The position numbers and the translations under genes are program-made. The notes beneath the pieces are model-generated. The model searched no databases, was not told where the DNA came from, and saw only the letters and a program-made list of their open reading frames with translations. This document shows positions 18,095-28,031 of a DNA stretch of 50,194 bases, piece by piece (positions within the stretch are counted from its first letter, which is position 1; every line of letters starts with the position of its first letter). Origin of the DNA: Chthoniobacterales bacterium (lineage in GTDB: Bacteria > Verrucomicrobiota > Verrucomicrobiia > Chthoniobacterales > UBA10450); assembly GCA_013812515.1 (NCBI GenBank), contig JACCTI010000005.1:1-50194 (forward strand), given 5' to 3'.

Positions 18095-18276
18095 GTAGCG
18101 CGACACTCTTGTCGCCGAGAAGAGGAGAGCAATCAGGGCAACAGTTCTCACGCGGTCGGTAAGCAGGTGTTGAACTATCGCTATGGATCAACCGGAGGAC
18201 GGAGTTCCGTCCCGAGTTCGCCAGCGCTTTGCTTTCGCTGCTGATACGCTAGCATAAGCCCGCCCGCTGACCTGCC

Positions 18277-19335
18277 ATGACCTTCCGGAAAACTCTGCTG
18301 TTGGCGGCTTTCGTGATTCTAGCTGGCATCACGTTGCTGCATAGCGCGTTAAATCTGCACGTTTTCGATGCTCGGCTCAAAACCGGGGCCGGCGGGCGAG
18401 ACAAATTTCGCGTGGGTTTTTTGCCGGTAACGTGCCATCTCACCTGCCCCGTCACGGACTTCATCAATAAGCAGCTCGTCGGCGCGAGCACGTTCGATCC
18501 GATCCGTTTTCAAGGCTGGCCGGAACTGAAGGAAGCGTATCTCTCGGGCTACTCGCCGGCGACGTTCATCCTCGCGCCGATGGCGATCGCGCTTCGCGAG
18601 CAAGGCGTGCCGATTAAGATTGTGTATCTAGGGCACCGTGAAGGCGGCGACGTCATGGTGCATAAAGAGTCGCAGATCTTCCGCACAGAAGATCTCAAAG
18701 GAAAAACCGTGGCGGTGCCGGGCCGCTACGCAAATCACCGCCTCATTCTCTACCGGGAGCTCAAGAAAGCGGGCATGCAGCTGAGCGACATCAAGCTTGT
18801 CGAAATGCCGCCGCCCGATATGCCGGCCGCGCTGTATTCACGCTCGGTCGATGCGATCACGTCCGGCGAGCCGTTCATGGGACAAAGCGAGCTGGATGGC
18901 TACGGCCGCGCGCTTTACCGCGTCAAGGATGTGTGGCCCGGTTTCATTTCGTGCGTGCTCGCCGTCCATGAAGACGTAATCAAAAGCCGTCGCGCGGAAG
19001 TGCAGGGGCTGGTTGACGGCATCGCGAAAAGTGGAAAATGGCTCGACACGAAAATGGAGAACCGCATGGCCGCGGCACAGTTTGTGAGCACGCTTTACTA
19101 CAATCAGAACCCGCGATTACTCAGCTACGTGCTCAGCAAACCACCCGATCGCGTGAAGTATAGCCAGTTAAAACCGACGCGGCCGAACTTCGAGGAAATC
19201 GAAATTCTGGCAAAGGAAGCGGGCATTCTGAAAGGCACGGCGCACTTTGAGGATTACATCGACGACACATTCGCACCCGATGACAACGTCGTGGTCGCCC
19301 ACGCTTACCCTGCCCCGCCCCGTGAGCGCGAATGA
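18277..19335 (+). CDS. ABC transporter substrate-binding protein, NitT/TauT (NMT1-like) family
   Basis: N-terminal anchor, then FRVGFLPVTCHL...GGDVMVHKES...LKGKTVAVPGRYANH, typical of nitrate/sulfonate/bicarbonate binders. Confidence 0.85.
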   Translation: MTFRKTLLLAAFVILAGITLLHSALNLHVFDARLKTGAGGRDKFRVGFLPVTCHLTCPVTDFINKQLVGASTFDPIRFQGWPELKEAYLSGYSPATFILAPMAIALREQGVPIKIVYLGHREGGDVMVHKESQIFRTEDLKGKTVAVPGRYANHRLILYRELKKAGMQLSDIKLVEMPPPDMPAALYSRSVDAITSGEPFMGQSELDGYGRALYRVKDVWPGFISCVLAVHEDVIKSRRAEVQGLVDGIAKSGKWLDTKMENRMAAAQFVSTLYYNQNPRLLSYVLSKPPDRVKYSQLKPTRPNFEEIEILAKEAGILKGTAHFEDYIDDTFAPDDNVVVAHAYPAPPRERE

Positions 19336-19417
19336 ATCGACGCTGGGTGGCGCGCCCGTTCCGCGTGCTGGTCTGGCCGTCTCGCCGGAACAAGCTTCCG
19401 AAGTTTGCGACTCGCGA

Positions 19418-20233
19418 ATGCTTTCGGAGTGGCCAGCACGCGAGACGCACGCGCGCCCCGGAGCTCATCTCGCGCACGTTGGGTTGAGGATCGGTCTGCC
19501 ACTCGCAGTCGCTTTTGCCTTCCTCCTCCTGTGGCATGCCGGCGTGCGCTTTTCCGGGAGCGATCTTTTCCCAACGCCGCTCGAGGTAGCGCGGGGAATC
19601 ATCGAGCTGGGACAAAGAGGCTTGCTCCTGAAATACGTGGTCGCATCGCTCTTTCGCGTCAGTTGGGGCTTTACCCTGGCCGTGCTCATCGGGGTTCCGC
19701 TGGGCCTTCTTCTCGGCTGGTACGCGCGCGCTTTTCAAGCTTTCAACCCGCTCATTCAAATTTTTCGCCCGATCTCCCCCATCGCCTGGATTCCACTCGC
19801 AATTCTTTGGTTCGGCGTGACGGACATGGCTCCGATTTTTCTGATCTTTCTCGCGAGTGTCTTCCCGATCACCGTCTCCGCCATTGCCGCCGTGCAGAAC
19901 ATGCAGCCGGTTTACTTGCGCGCCGCACAGAACTTCGGCCTCAGCAGGGGCGAGCTTTTCCGGCAGGTGATCCTGCGCGCGAGCTTGCCCCAGATTATCA
20001 CCGGGATTCGCATCGCGCTGGGCGTGGCGTGGCTCGTAGTAGTGGCGGCGGAGATGATCGCAGTGAACAGCGGTCTCGGCTACCTCATTATCGACGCTCG
20101 GAATGCCGGAAAGCGTTATGACCTGGTGGTCGCGGGGATGGTCATGATCGGATTAATCGGGCTGGTGCTCGATTTGCTCGTTAGGCAGCTGGAGAAGTTC
20201 GACGAGGTCCGGTGGGGCTACGCGAAGCGATGA
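19418..20233 (+). CDS. ABC transporter permease, NitT/TauT family (start uncertain; a GTG at 19322 is an alternative)
   Basis: BPD-transporter core with the EAA-like loop AAQNFGLSRGELFRQVILRASLPQIITG. Stop overlaps the next start (ATGA). Confidence 0.85.
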   Translation: MLSEWPARETHARPGAHLAHVGLRIGLPLAVAFAFLLLWHAGVRFSGSDLFPTPLEVARGIIELGQRGLLLKYVVASLFRVSWGFTLAVLIGVPLGLLLGWYARAFQAFNPLIQIFRPISPIAWIPLAILWFGVTDMAPIFLIFLASVFPITVSAIAAVQNMQPVYLRAAQNFGLSRGELFRQVILRASLPQIITGIRIALGVAWLVVVAAEMIAVNSGLGYLIIDARNAGKRYDLVVAGMVMIGLIGLVLDLLVRQLEKFDEVRWGYAKR

Positions 20234-21111
20234 AGGAAGAAAACGGCGGACATCCAACGTCGAACGTCGACCGCTCGAAGGAACAGCCGGCGGTGCGGTT
20301 CGATCTGCGAGGTTTTCTCACCCCGGCTGAGTCAGCAATCACCCTTCGGAATGTCTCAGTGGTGTTTCCCGGCAAGCGCTCGGGCGAAGCGATCCACGTC
20401 CTCGACGATGTCTGCGCCAGCGTCGCTCAAGGCGAGTTCGTCTGCCTGGTTGGGCCAAGCGGTTGCGGCAAATCGACGCTTCTGAACATCGTCGGAGGCT
20501 TCCTGCCTGCCACTGCAGGCGAAGTGCTGGTGGAGGGAAAAGCGGTCCGCGGCCCCGACCCGCGCCGCATCTATGTCTTTCAGGAGAACGGTGTGTTCCC
20601 TTGGCTGAGCGTGCGCGAAAACATTGCCTTCGGATTACGGAGCCGCGCGAGCACGGAACGCGCGCGCATTGTCGCTCATTACACAGCCATGGTCGGCCTC
20701 GACGGTTTCGAGGCCGCCTATCCGGGAGAACTTTCCGGCGGCATGCGGCAGCGCGTCGAGATCGCCCGCGCCCTCGCGGCGAACCCTGACATTATCTACA
20801 TGGACGAGCCATTCGGCGCGCTCGATTTTATTACCCGGCTAAAAATGCGCGCTGATCTGGTTCGCATTTGGCAGAGCGAGAAGAAGACAATTCTTTTCGT
20901 CACTCACGACATCGAGGAAGCCGTGCAGCTCGCCGACCGCGTCCTCGTCATGAGCCCGCGACCTGCAACCATTCAGGAAGAGGTTAGGATCGACCTGCCG
21001 CGCCCGCGGGATTTAGATTCGCCCGGATACCTGGAGAAGCGGGATCAAATCTTTCGCGTCATGGGTATGAGCTTGCGCGTGGGGGAACAGTTGCAGGTCG
21101 CGGCGCTATGA
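20230..21111 (+). CDS. ABC transporter ATP-binding protein, NitT/TauT family
   Basis: Walker A GPSGCGKST, signature LSGGMRQRVEIARAL, Walker B IIYMDEPFGALD, H-loop VTHD. Confidence 0.9.
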   Translation: MKEENGGHPTSNVDRSKEQPAVRFDLRGFLTPAESAITLRNVSVVFPGKRSGEAIHVLDDVCASVAQGEFVCLVGPSGCGKSTLLNIVGGFLPATAGEVLVEGKAVRGPDPRRIYVFQENGVFPWLSVRENIAFGLRSRASTERARIVAHYTAMVGLDGFEAAYPGELSGGMRQRVEIARALAANPDIIYMDEPFGALDFITRLKMRADLVRIWQSEKKTILFVTHDIEEAVQLADRVLVMSPRPATIQEEVRIDLPRPRDLDSPGYLEKRDQIFRVMGMSLRVGEQLQVAAL

Positions 21112-21309
21112 GGAAGGCTTGAACAACGCGGCATCGATGATCGACCAGAGATGGATCAGCCAGCCGAGGAGAAAGACCCACAGTACGCCCGCGAGCACGA
21201 ACTGGATTAGAGCCATCAGGACGCGCCCCTGAATCAGTTGCCCCAAGCCGGGGATGAAGAAGCTGCACAACGCGGCGATCACGTTTCCAGTCGAGCCTTG
21301 GCCTGCCAT
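21106..21309 (-). CDS. small two-TM membrane protein (67 aa), family not recognised
   Basis: ATG ORF with two hydrophobic helices and a PGLGQLIQGR motif. Codon third positions are GC-rich like the neighbouring genes. Its 3' end overlaps the convergent ABC ATPase gene by 6 nt. Confidence 0.5.
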   Translation of the reverse strand: MAGQGSTGNVIAALCSFFIPGLGQLIQGRVLMALIQFVLAGVLWVFLLGWLIHLWSIIDAALFKPSS

Positions 21310-21426
21310 GAGAGAACGCTTCAGCGATTCGTGCGCCGCGACAAGGGCTTTCTTGTGGTCGGCAAAAGACGACCACAGAATCGTGGCCGCGTAGAGCGAG
21401 ACGCGTGCGGGACGTCGGCGAGCGGG

Positions 21427-22239
21427 CTAAATCGCGCGGCTGCTGCCGGTGAATCCACCAGCGGGACTGGACGCGGCGAACCCTAGCATCTCCTCGAGGC
21501 GGCGCTGTGTCCAAGCCGTCTTAGCACGCGCACCGTCGTGGCCGCTCGATGCGGCCGCGGAGGCTTGCACGTCGTCCAAAACGCTCGCGAGCTCCCGCTG
21601 TTCCGCCGTGAGTCCGCTGCTCGTTTCGGCCGATCTCGCGCGTTCTCGCAGCTCTGCCAGCATTGCGGTGAGCGATACGTTTTCCTGCTTCGAGACGCGA
21701 AGCGCATCTCTCAACTGCTGGAACGAGAGATGAAAGGGGACCGTGGCGAGATCAACGTCGTCGTTTCGGGCAATCGCATTTGGCGGCGTGCAGATTGCTT
21801 CGGAAGTCGCCAGCGAATTCCAGATCCCCGGCGGATCAAAGAATCCAATTTCGCCGCTGTACGTCGCACCAGCTTCGGGAACCGTTACGTAGCAACTCCC
21901 GGCCATCGGTTCGATTTCCACCGTCTGTTGTTCGGAAGCACCGGAATTCAGCACTCGAAGGTAAACCTTTCGCGCGCGCGGAGATCGCTCTCGGAACGCG
22001 GTGCTCCAGTCGATATCCCAATAGACAAACAGGCTGTGTGGATCGCGCGGCATCAGGCAAAGCGTCCCACTCCCGTAAGAGCGCGGAAGCGCCCGTGACT
22101 CAGCGGCAGGCTGAGCGTTACCATAACTAATGACCGGCTGCGATGAGATCCGGTAGGCGGCGCCTTCCGCGGATGCGGCCTCCACAACCGCATCGTCGGC
22201 TGCGTCAGTTTTCGAATCCAACTCGAAGTCCTTGGCCAC
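21427..22239 (-). CDS. DUF4912 domain-containing protein
   Basis: The segment LCLMPRDPHSLFVYWDIDW...VYLRV...YVTVPEAGATYSGEIGF matches my memory of the DUF4912 signature. Confidence 0.6.
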   Translation of the reverse strand: MAKDFELDSKTDAADDAVVEAASAEGAAYRISSQPVISYGNAQPAAESRALPRSYGSGTLCLMPRDPHSLFVYWDIDWSTAFRERSPRARKVYLRVLNSGASEQQTVEIEPMAGSCYVTVPEAGATYSGEIGFFDPPGIWNSLATSEAICTPPNAIARNDDVDLATVPFHLSFQQLRDALRVSKQENVSLTAMLAELRERARSAETSSGLTAEQRELASVLDDVQASAAASSGHDGARAKTAWTQRRLEEMLGFAASSPAGGFTGSSRAI

Positions 22240-22366
22240 GATTCGGCCGAGATGTTACTCGCGGCCACGATTCCGCCAAAGACAATAATCGGTCCTGAAC
22301 GAGACGCACTGCGAGAAGTCCGCCTCTGTTCGCAATCGCGTTGCCCTTTGGAAAGCTGGGACGAAG

Positions 22367-23275
22367 ATGTCTCCGCGAATCCCGAGTGTGAAGACCTGCA
22401 TCATCTGCAATCCGGGCGCCGGTAGCGTCGACGACCGTGAACTGATTCGCGGGAAGCTCTCGGCGTTCCCCTCGTCTAGTTTGCATTTCACCGAAAAGAG
22501 CGGGGATGCGACGCGATTGGCTGCGGATGCAATCTCACATGGTTGCGATCTGGTGATCGCCGCGGGTGGTGACGGGACGTTGAACGAAGTGATCAATGGC
22601 ATCGCGGCGCATTCCGACAAAGTGGAACTGGGTCTTGTCCCGCTCGGCACCGGCAACGATTTCGCGCGCATGCTGAACTTGCCGGACTCGATCGATGATT
22701 GCGTCGAGACGCTGCGCGTGGCCGAGCCGCTCCCGATCGATCTCGTCCGAGTGACGAGCGACGAGGTCCGCTACTTCATCAACGTCTCGGCCGGCGGATT
22801 CAGCGGGACCGTCAACGAGAAACTCACGCCCGAGATCAAGCAGAGCTGGGGCCCACTCGCTTATCTGCGCTGCGCGGCGGAAGCGCTCCCCGAGTTGCGC
22901 GTCTATAAGACGACGATCACACTCGACGACATGAGCACGATGGAAGTCGATCTCTACAATGCGGTGATCGCGAATGGCCGCTACGTTGCCGGTGGAACGT
23001 TAATCGCGCCCGACGCCTCGATCGATGACGGATTGCTCGACATCATCCTGATTCCGGAAAATCCTGCCGGCAGCATCGCTTTAGTCGCGGCGCAGATTGC
23101 TGTCGGCGCGCATCTGACAAGTGAAGGGGTCATCTTTCGCCGTGCTGCCAAAGTCGTTGTAAATTCCACCCCGGGAATGTGGTTCAACGTCGACGGTGAA
23201 TTAGTTGGGAACGAACCGGCGACGTTCGAGGTATTGCCCCGCGCCTTGCGTTTTCGTGCGGGACCAAAGACGTGA
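22367..23275 (+). CDS. diacylglycerol/lipid kinase (YegS/BmrU family)
   Basis: AAGGDGTLNEVINGI, PLGTGNDFAR, VDGE motifs. Confidence 0.85.
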   Translation: MSPRIPSVKTCIICNPGAGSVDDRELIRGKLSAFPSSSLHFTEKSGDATRLAADAISHGCDLVIAAGGDGTLNEVINGIAAHSDKVELGLVPLGTGNDFARMLNLPDSIDDCVETLRVAEPLPIDLVRVTSDEVRYFINVSAGGFSGTVNEKLTPEIKQSWGPLAYLRCAAEALPELRVYKTTITLDDMSTMEVDLYNAVIANGRYVAGGTLIAPDASIDDGLLDIILIPENPAGSIALVAAQIAVGAHLTSEGVIFRRAAKVVVNSTPGMWFNVDGELVGNEPATFEVLPRALRFRAGPKT

Positions 23276-23751
23276 ACGCGAAGGTTCTCGGCCTGGAGCA
23301 GATCGCGCAGGTCGCGAGGCGTCTGCGCGCCGAAGGCAAAAAGCTGGTGGTTACAAACGGCTGCTTCGATCTGCTGCACGTCGGTCACGTGCGTTACCTC
23401 GAAAGGGCGCGAAAACTGGGCGACGCACTGGCTGTGGGCGTGAATGGCGACGATTCTGTTCGCGCTCTCAAAGGCGAGGCGCGCCCGCTGAACAACGAGA
23501 GTGACCGCGCGGAGGTGCTGGCTGCATTGGCCTGCGTCGATTTCGTGACGATCTTCCCTGAAGTCCGGGCCACGCATTTTCTCGAGCGCGTGCAGCCGGG
23601 CATTTACGTGAAGGGTGGTGACTACAAACCTGAAACGCTGGATGCGCGGGAATCAGCGGCCTTGCAGAAGGTCGGCGCGGACGTCCGGATCATTCCATTC
23701 GAGCCAGGCTATTCGACTTCGAGTTTGATCGAACGAATGCAGGGCGCGTAG
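23272..23751 (+). CDS. rfaE2: D-glycero-beta-D-manno-heptose 1-phosphate adenylyltransferase (RfaE domain II-like cytidylyltransferase)
   Basis: VVTNGCFDLLHVGHVRYLERAR..GD.L.VGVN.D.SVR.LKG..RP...E.DRAEVLAAL..VD. The GTG start overlaps the previous stop (GTGA). Confidence 0.85.
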   Translation: MNAKVLGLEQIAQVARRLRAEGKKLVVTNGCFDLLHVGHVRYLERARKLGDALAVGVNGDDSVRALKGEARPLNNESDRAEVLAALACVDFVTIFPEVRATHFLERVQPGIYVKGGDYKPETLDARESAALQKVGADVRIIPFEPGYSTSSLIERMQGA

Positions 23752-23752
23752 C

Positions 23753-24328
23753 ATGGCAGCCATCGGCATTGGCATTCTAGGCTCCGGCGCGGGCAGTAAT
23801 TGCCGGGCAATTCTGGAGCGGATCCGCGATGGCACTCTTTGCGCGGAAGCACGCGTCGTGATCTCGGATGTTTTCGATGCCGGCATCCTGCATGTGGCAC
23901 AGGAGTTCGGCGTCCCGAACGCGTATCTCCCACCCGGTAAATACCGGACGCGCTTCGAGCAGGAGGCGGAGTTCCTCCTCGTGCAGATGCTGCACGAGGC
24001 GGCCGTGGAGCTCGTGGTGCTGGCTGGATTCATGCGCGTGCTCAAGCAGCCAATGCTGGCCGCCTTTCCGCACCGAATCCTGAACATTCATCCATCGCTC
24101 CTGCCGAAATTTCCCGGGCTGGAGGCGTGGAAGCAGGCGCTCACCGCCGGAGAAACTGTCACCGGTTGTACTGTGCACTATGTCGATGCGGCCGTGGATC
24201 ATGGCGAGATCATCGCGCAACGGCAGGTGCCGGTTATACCTAACGACACCTCCGAAACTTTGCACGCGCGCATTCAAGTGGCAGAACGCGAGCTCTACCC
24301 GGATGCGATCAGGCAGTTCTGCGAATAG
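23753..24328 (+). CDS. purN: phosphoribosylglycinamide formyltransferase
   Basis: GILGSGAGSN, LAGFMRVL, NIHPSLLPKFPG, TGCTVHYVD..VDHGEII. Confidence 0.9.
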   Translation: MAAIGIGILGSGAGSNCRAILERIRDGTLCAEARVVISDVFDAGILHVAQEFGVPNAYLPPGKYRTRFEQEAEFLLVQMLHEAAVELVVLAGFMRVLKQPMLAAFPHRILNIHPSLLPKFPGLEAWKQALTAGETVTGCTVHYVDAAVDHGEIIAQRQVPVIPNDTSETLHARIQVAERELYPDAIRQFCE

Positions 24329-24358
24329 CTTCTACCTAACGAAATACTATTCGTTCAC

Positions 24359-25357
24359 TCAGAGTCGCTCAGCCTTCTGATCGCGCCCGAGCAGTTCTTC
24401 GAGCGCTTGCGCCGGAGGCTTTCCCTCGTGCAGGACACCGTGAATCTGGTCGATGATGGGCGTTTCGATCCGCAAGCGTCGCGCACACTCGAAGGCGCTT
24501 TTTGTGGTTGGGATGCCTTCCGCCACCATCCGCATGGTCGAGGTAATCTGCTCGAGCGATTCTCCGCGGCCCAACTGCTCGCCGACGCGTCGGTTCCGGC
24601 TATACTGACTGAAGCAGGTCGCGATCAAGTCTCCGGCACCGCTGAGCCCGTAGAACGTCTTCGGATCTCCGCCCATCGCGGTTCCGAGGCGGAGCAACTC
24701 GGCCAAAGATCGCGTCACAAGCGCGGCCTTCGAGTTGTCGCCCAGACCAAAGCCATCACTCACACCGGCGGCGATTGCGAAGACATTCTTCAGGGCCCCA
24801 CCCAGTTCTATCCCGGTAGTTTCGTCGCTCGAATAAATCCGGAAGCGCGCGCTGCCGAGGTGCTGCTGCAGCTCTTCAGCGCACTCCGGCTGCTGGCAAC
24901 CAAGGACCGTTGCGGTTGGGAGGTCGCGCGAAACTTCGACGGCAAGATTCGGTCCAGACAAAACGGCAACCGTGTGCCCCGGGAAAATCTCCGCTAGAAT
25001 TTCCGTCATCCGGAGACCAGTGCCATGCTCGATTCCTTTCGTGCAGCTTAACAGAATGGCAGCACGATTCACTGAATTGCGCAGCCGTTCGGCGACGGAG
25101 CGGACTGCGACCGATGGAGTCACAAACACGATCAAATCGGCGTCCGCGCAGCTGGTAATATGACTGGTCGCGGCGACGGATGGTGGCAGGGCCACTCCGG
25201 GGAGGTAATCGGAATTTTCCCTTGTCGCCTGGACTCGTTCGATGCGCTCTCTGTCGTGGCCCCAGAGCACAATTTCTTTTCCGCCTTTCGCCCAAAGTAC
25301 TGCGAGCGCTGTCCCCCAGCTGCCCGCGCCGAGAATTGTTGTGCGGCTAAATTTCAC
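24359..25357 (-). CDS. gpsA: NAD(P)H-dependent glycerol-3-phosphate dehydrogenase
   Basis: ILGAGSWGTALA, GPNLAVEV, LKNVFAIAAG, GAGDLIATC. Start set at the GTG at 25357, which overlaps the plsY stop (GTGA). The 445-aa track ORF is an over-extension into plsY. Confidence 0.9.
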   Translation of the reverse strand: MKFSRTTILGAGSWGTALAVLWAKGGKEIVLWGHDRERIERVQATRENSDYLPGVALPPSVAATSHITSCADADLIVFVTPSVAVRSVAERLRNSVNRAAILLSCTKGIEHGTGLRMTEILAEIFPGHTVAVLSGPNLAVEVSRDLPTATVLGCQQPECAEELQQHLGSARFRIYSSDETTGIELGGALKNVFAIAAGVSDGFGLGDNSKAALVTRSLAELLRLGTAMGGDPKTFYGLSGAGDLIATCFSQYSRNRRVGEQLGRGESLEQITSTMRMVAEGIPTTKSAFECARRLRIETPIIDQIHGVLHEGKPPAQALEELLGRDQKAERL

Positions 25358-25983
25358 CTGCGGGTGAACCGTTGCTCCGTGCCGTTTAGCAGCCTGGCGA
25401 TATTCGAGCGGTGTCGCCACACGACGAGCGCTGTCATGGCCGCGGAAAAGTAAAGTAGGACGACGCCTTGTGTTCTTTGCAGGTGCATCAGGACGGCGAC
25501 TGCGGGCGGCAATGCTAATGCGGCAATGATGGAAGCAAGAGAGGCGTAGCGCGTTATCAGGAAGACCACGACCCAGACCAGAAAAATCGTAATCGCGGCG
25601 AGAGGCATCACACCCAAGATGGAGCCAGCTGAGGTAGCAACGCCTTTCCCGCCCCGGAACCAGAGCCAAAGAGGAAAGGAGTGGCCCACTACGCAAGCCG
25701 CAGCGGCGAGGATTGCGAAGAAGTCAGCGTACTGAATGGTGCCCGGAGCGCGAGCGACGAGCATTAGCGCAAGACGAACCGCCAGAAACCCTTTGAACGC
25801 GTCTGTGAAGAAAACTGAATAACCCCAGCCTTTTCCAAGTAGTCGAAGAACATTCGTTGCCCCGATGTTGCCACTGCCCTGTTCCCGGACGTCCATGCCC
25901 GCGATTTTTCCTACGATATAACCCGTTGGAAAAGACCCAATTAGGTAGCTCAGTAGGATGACAGCCGTGGAGAGTTTCCACAT
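25354..25983 (-). CDS. plsY: glycerol-3-phosphate acyltransferase PlsY
   Basis: LIGSFPTGYIVGK..G.D.R..GSGNIGATN, FRGGKGVAT. Confidence 0.9.
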   Translation of the reverse strand: MWKLSTAVILLSYLIGSFPTGYIVGKIAGMDVREQGSGNIGATNVLRLLGKGWGYSVFFTDAFKGFLAVRLALMLVARAPGTIQYADFFAILAAAACVVGHSFPLWLWFRGGKGVATSAGSILGVMPLAAITIFLVWVVVFLITRYASLASIIAALALPPAVAVLMHLQRTQGVVLLYFSAAMTALVVWRHRSNIARLLNGTEQRFTRR

Positions 25984-25986
25984 GAC

Positions 25987-27879
25987 TCAAGCTCCATAGT
26001 CAGCGATATGAGGTGCGCAGCCGAGATCAGATAACCCATACCTTCGTAGCCAGATTGATATAATCGCGACATCAGCTGGCGTGATGCCGCTCACGTTAGA
26101 GGCTTGTTCGAGACTAGCTGGCCGCACGAAGGACAGCTTTTCACGCGTTTCAGGACGTAAACCGGGAATCGTCTGGAAATCGATCCCGTCCGGGATGAGC
26201 TGTCTATAGGTGTGATTACGGTTCCGATTCTCCGTCGCTTGTCTCCGCACGTAGCCGTCGTACTTGAAGTCTGTTTCAACACTATCCCAGAGCTCATCCG
26301 ATGCGAGGGTTCTTATCTGTATGGGAAGGTGTTCCTTACTGAACTCCGGACGTTTCAGGAGTTCATCGATCTGTCTCCCCCCGATTCGCATCTCTCGTGT
26401 AATTGATCTGAGCCGCTCTAGAGCTTGAAGTTTGGCGGTGAATACCTGCCAACGATCATTCGGAACAAGTCCAGCAATTCGTCCAATGCTCGTGAGTCGC
26501 TGATCTGCGTTATCGTGCCGTAATGAGAGCCTCTCTTCGGCTCGACTAGTAAACATGCGATAAGGCTCTTCTGTGCCTTTGGTTACCAAATCATCAATCA
26601 GCACGCCGATATATGCATTTTTACGGGAGAGGAGGAGCGGGGCACGCTTCGTTGCTTTCAAAGCGGCATTCGCACCGGCGATTAGACCTTGCGCAGCAGC
26701 CTCTTCATAGCCCGAGGTTCCATTCACCTGACCTGCAAAAAAGAGACCTTGCACCAGCTTTGTTTCTAGCGTGTGGTGCAACTGCGTAGGGGGAAAGTAG
26801 TCGTATTCGACGGCATATCCTGGCCGCATAATTTCAGCGCCTTCGAGTCCGGGGATCGTTCTAAGAAATCTGAGCTGAATATCGTACGGGAGACTGGTCG
26901 AGACGCCGTTGACGTAGAACTCGTCGGTGTGAAGGCCTTCAGGCTCAAGGAAGATCTGGTGAGCCCCTCTGTCCGCGAACTTCACCACCTTGTCCTCAAT
27001 GGAAGGACAGTAACGCGGTCCGCTTCCCTGAATTTGTCCGGAGTAAAGCGGAGACCTATGTAAGTTCTCCCGGATGATCGAATGTGTTTCGCTCGTGGTG
27101 TGGGTAATCCAACATGGCACTTGTTCCACATGGAACGCCTCGGAATTCAATGTGAAGAAATCAGCGGAGCGATCCCGCCGAATTACTGGCAGGAAGCTAA
27201 ACCGGGGCGGCGGATCTTCGCCTCGCTGGACCTTGCAACGGTCAAAGTCAATCGAGGTGCGGCTAACTCGGCACGGCGTTCCGGTCTTGAAGCGCCCAGC
27301 GCTGAACCCGATCTCGCGCAAACAGTCACTCAGAGTCGAAGACGCATCTGCCATTCTGCCGCCCGGCTTCTGCTGGTCACCAACGTGCAAAAGTCCGCGG
27401 AGAAAAGTTCCGCAGGTGATAACGACCGTTTGCGCTCGAAACGCAACGCCTATATCCGTCTCGACTCCAATGGCCTTCTCCTCCTTTACGAGGACGCGCT
27501 GAACCGTTGCTTGCTTAACGTCCAGATGGGCAGTTCGCTCGATTTCCGCTTTTGCACGAAACTGGTAAGCCTTCTTATCACATTGAGCCCGCGGCGCGCG
27601 AACGCTTGCCCCCTTTGAGCGATTTAGAAGGCGAAACTGGATTCCAGTCGCGTCCGCGTTTTGTCCCATAAACCCGCCCAAGGCGTCGATCTCGCGCACA
27701 ATTTGTCCTTTCGCGAGTCCACCAATTGCAGGGTTGCAGGACATCTGCCCGATGGTGTCGAGATTCTGACTGAGAAGCAGCGTCGAGCAGCCTATTTGAG
27801 CGGAAGCCATCGCGGCTTCGATCCCTGCGTGGCCACTACCTACCACTACAACATCGTACGTTTGCGGTAGGATGAACAT
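25987..27879 (-). CDS. mnmG: tRNA uridine-5-carboxymethylaminomethyl modification enzyme MnmG (GidA)
   Basis: 630 aa. [59 protein letters not shown]. Confidence 0.95.
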   Translation of the reverse strand: MFILPQTYDVVVVGSGHAGIEAAMASAQIGCSTLLLSQNLDTIGQMSCNPAIGGLAKGQIVREIDALGGFMGQNADATGIQFRLLNRSKGASVRAPRAQCDKKAYQFRAKAEIERTAHLDVKQATVQRVLVKEEKAIGVETDIGVAFRAQTVVITCGTFLRGLLHVGDQQKPGGRMADASSTLSDCLREIGFSAGRFKTGTPCRVSRTSIDFDRCKVQRGEDPPPRFSFLPVIRRDRSADFFTLNSEAFHVEQVPCWITHTTSETHSIIRENLHRSPLYSGQIQGSGPRYCPSIEDKVVKFADRGAHQIFLEPEGLHTDEFYVNGVSTSLPYDIQLRFLRTIPGLEGAEIMRPGYAVEYDYFPPTQLHHTLETKLVQGLFFAGQVNGTSGYEEAAAQGLIAGANAALKATKRAPLLLSRKNAYIGVLIDDLVTKGTEEPYRMFTSRAEERLSLRHDNADQRLTSIGRIAGLVPNDRWQVFTAKLQALERLRSITREMRIGGRQIDELLKRPEFSKEHLPIQIRTLASDELWDSVETDFKYDGYVRRQATENRNRNHTYRQLIPDGIDFQTIPGLRPETREKLSFVRPASLEQASNVSGITPADVAIISIWLRRYGLSDLGCAPHIADYGA

Positions 27880-28031
27880 ACGTAACTAGTCTAAATCGCT
27901 GGTTCGCACGGATGGATAAACTCCTGAACTCGTCAGCCCCTCTCGTAAGCGTTCTGTTATCAACGTGCAATCCGTATACATATATTGCTGAATTCGTAGG
28001 ATTTGTGTATCCCAGCTTACATTGCCGTCCG

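Noticed and set aside
17964-18191. A 75-aa minus-strand ORF downstream of the VPDSG paralogues.
   Set aside because: It lies antisense to the orphan priA 3' fragment. The plus-strand reading of that segment reproduces the PriA C-terminus, which explains the open frame.
24359-25696. A 445-aa version of gpsA from the ORF track.
   Set aside because: The extra ~112 N-terminal codons overlap plsY in another frame and have no GpsA homology. A GTG at 25357 precedes the GAGSWG dinucleotide fold and forms a GTGA overlap with the plsY stop.
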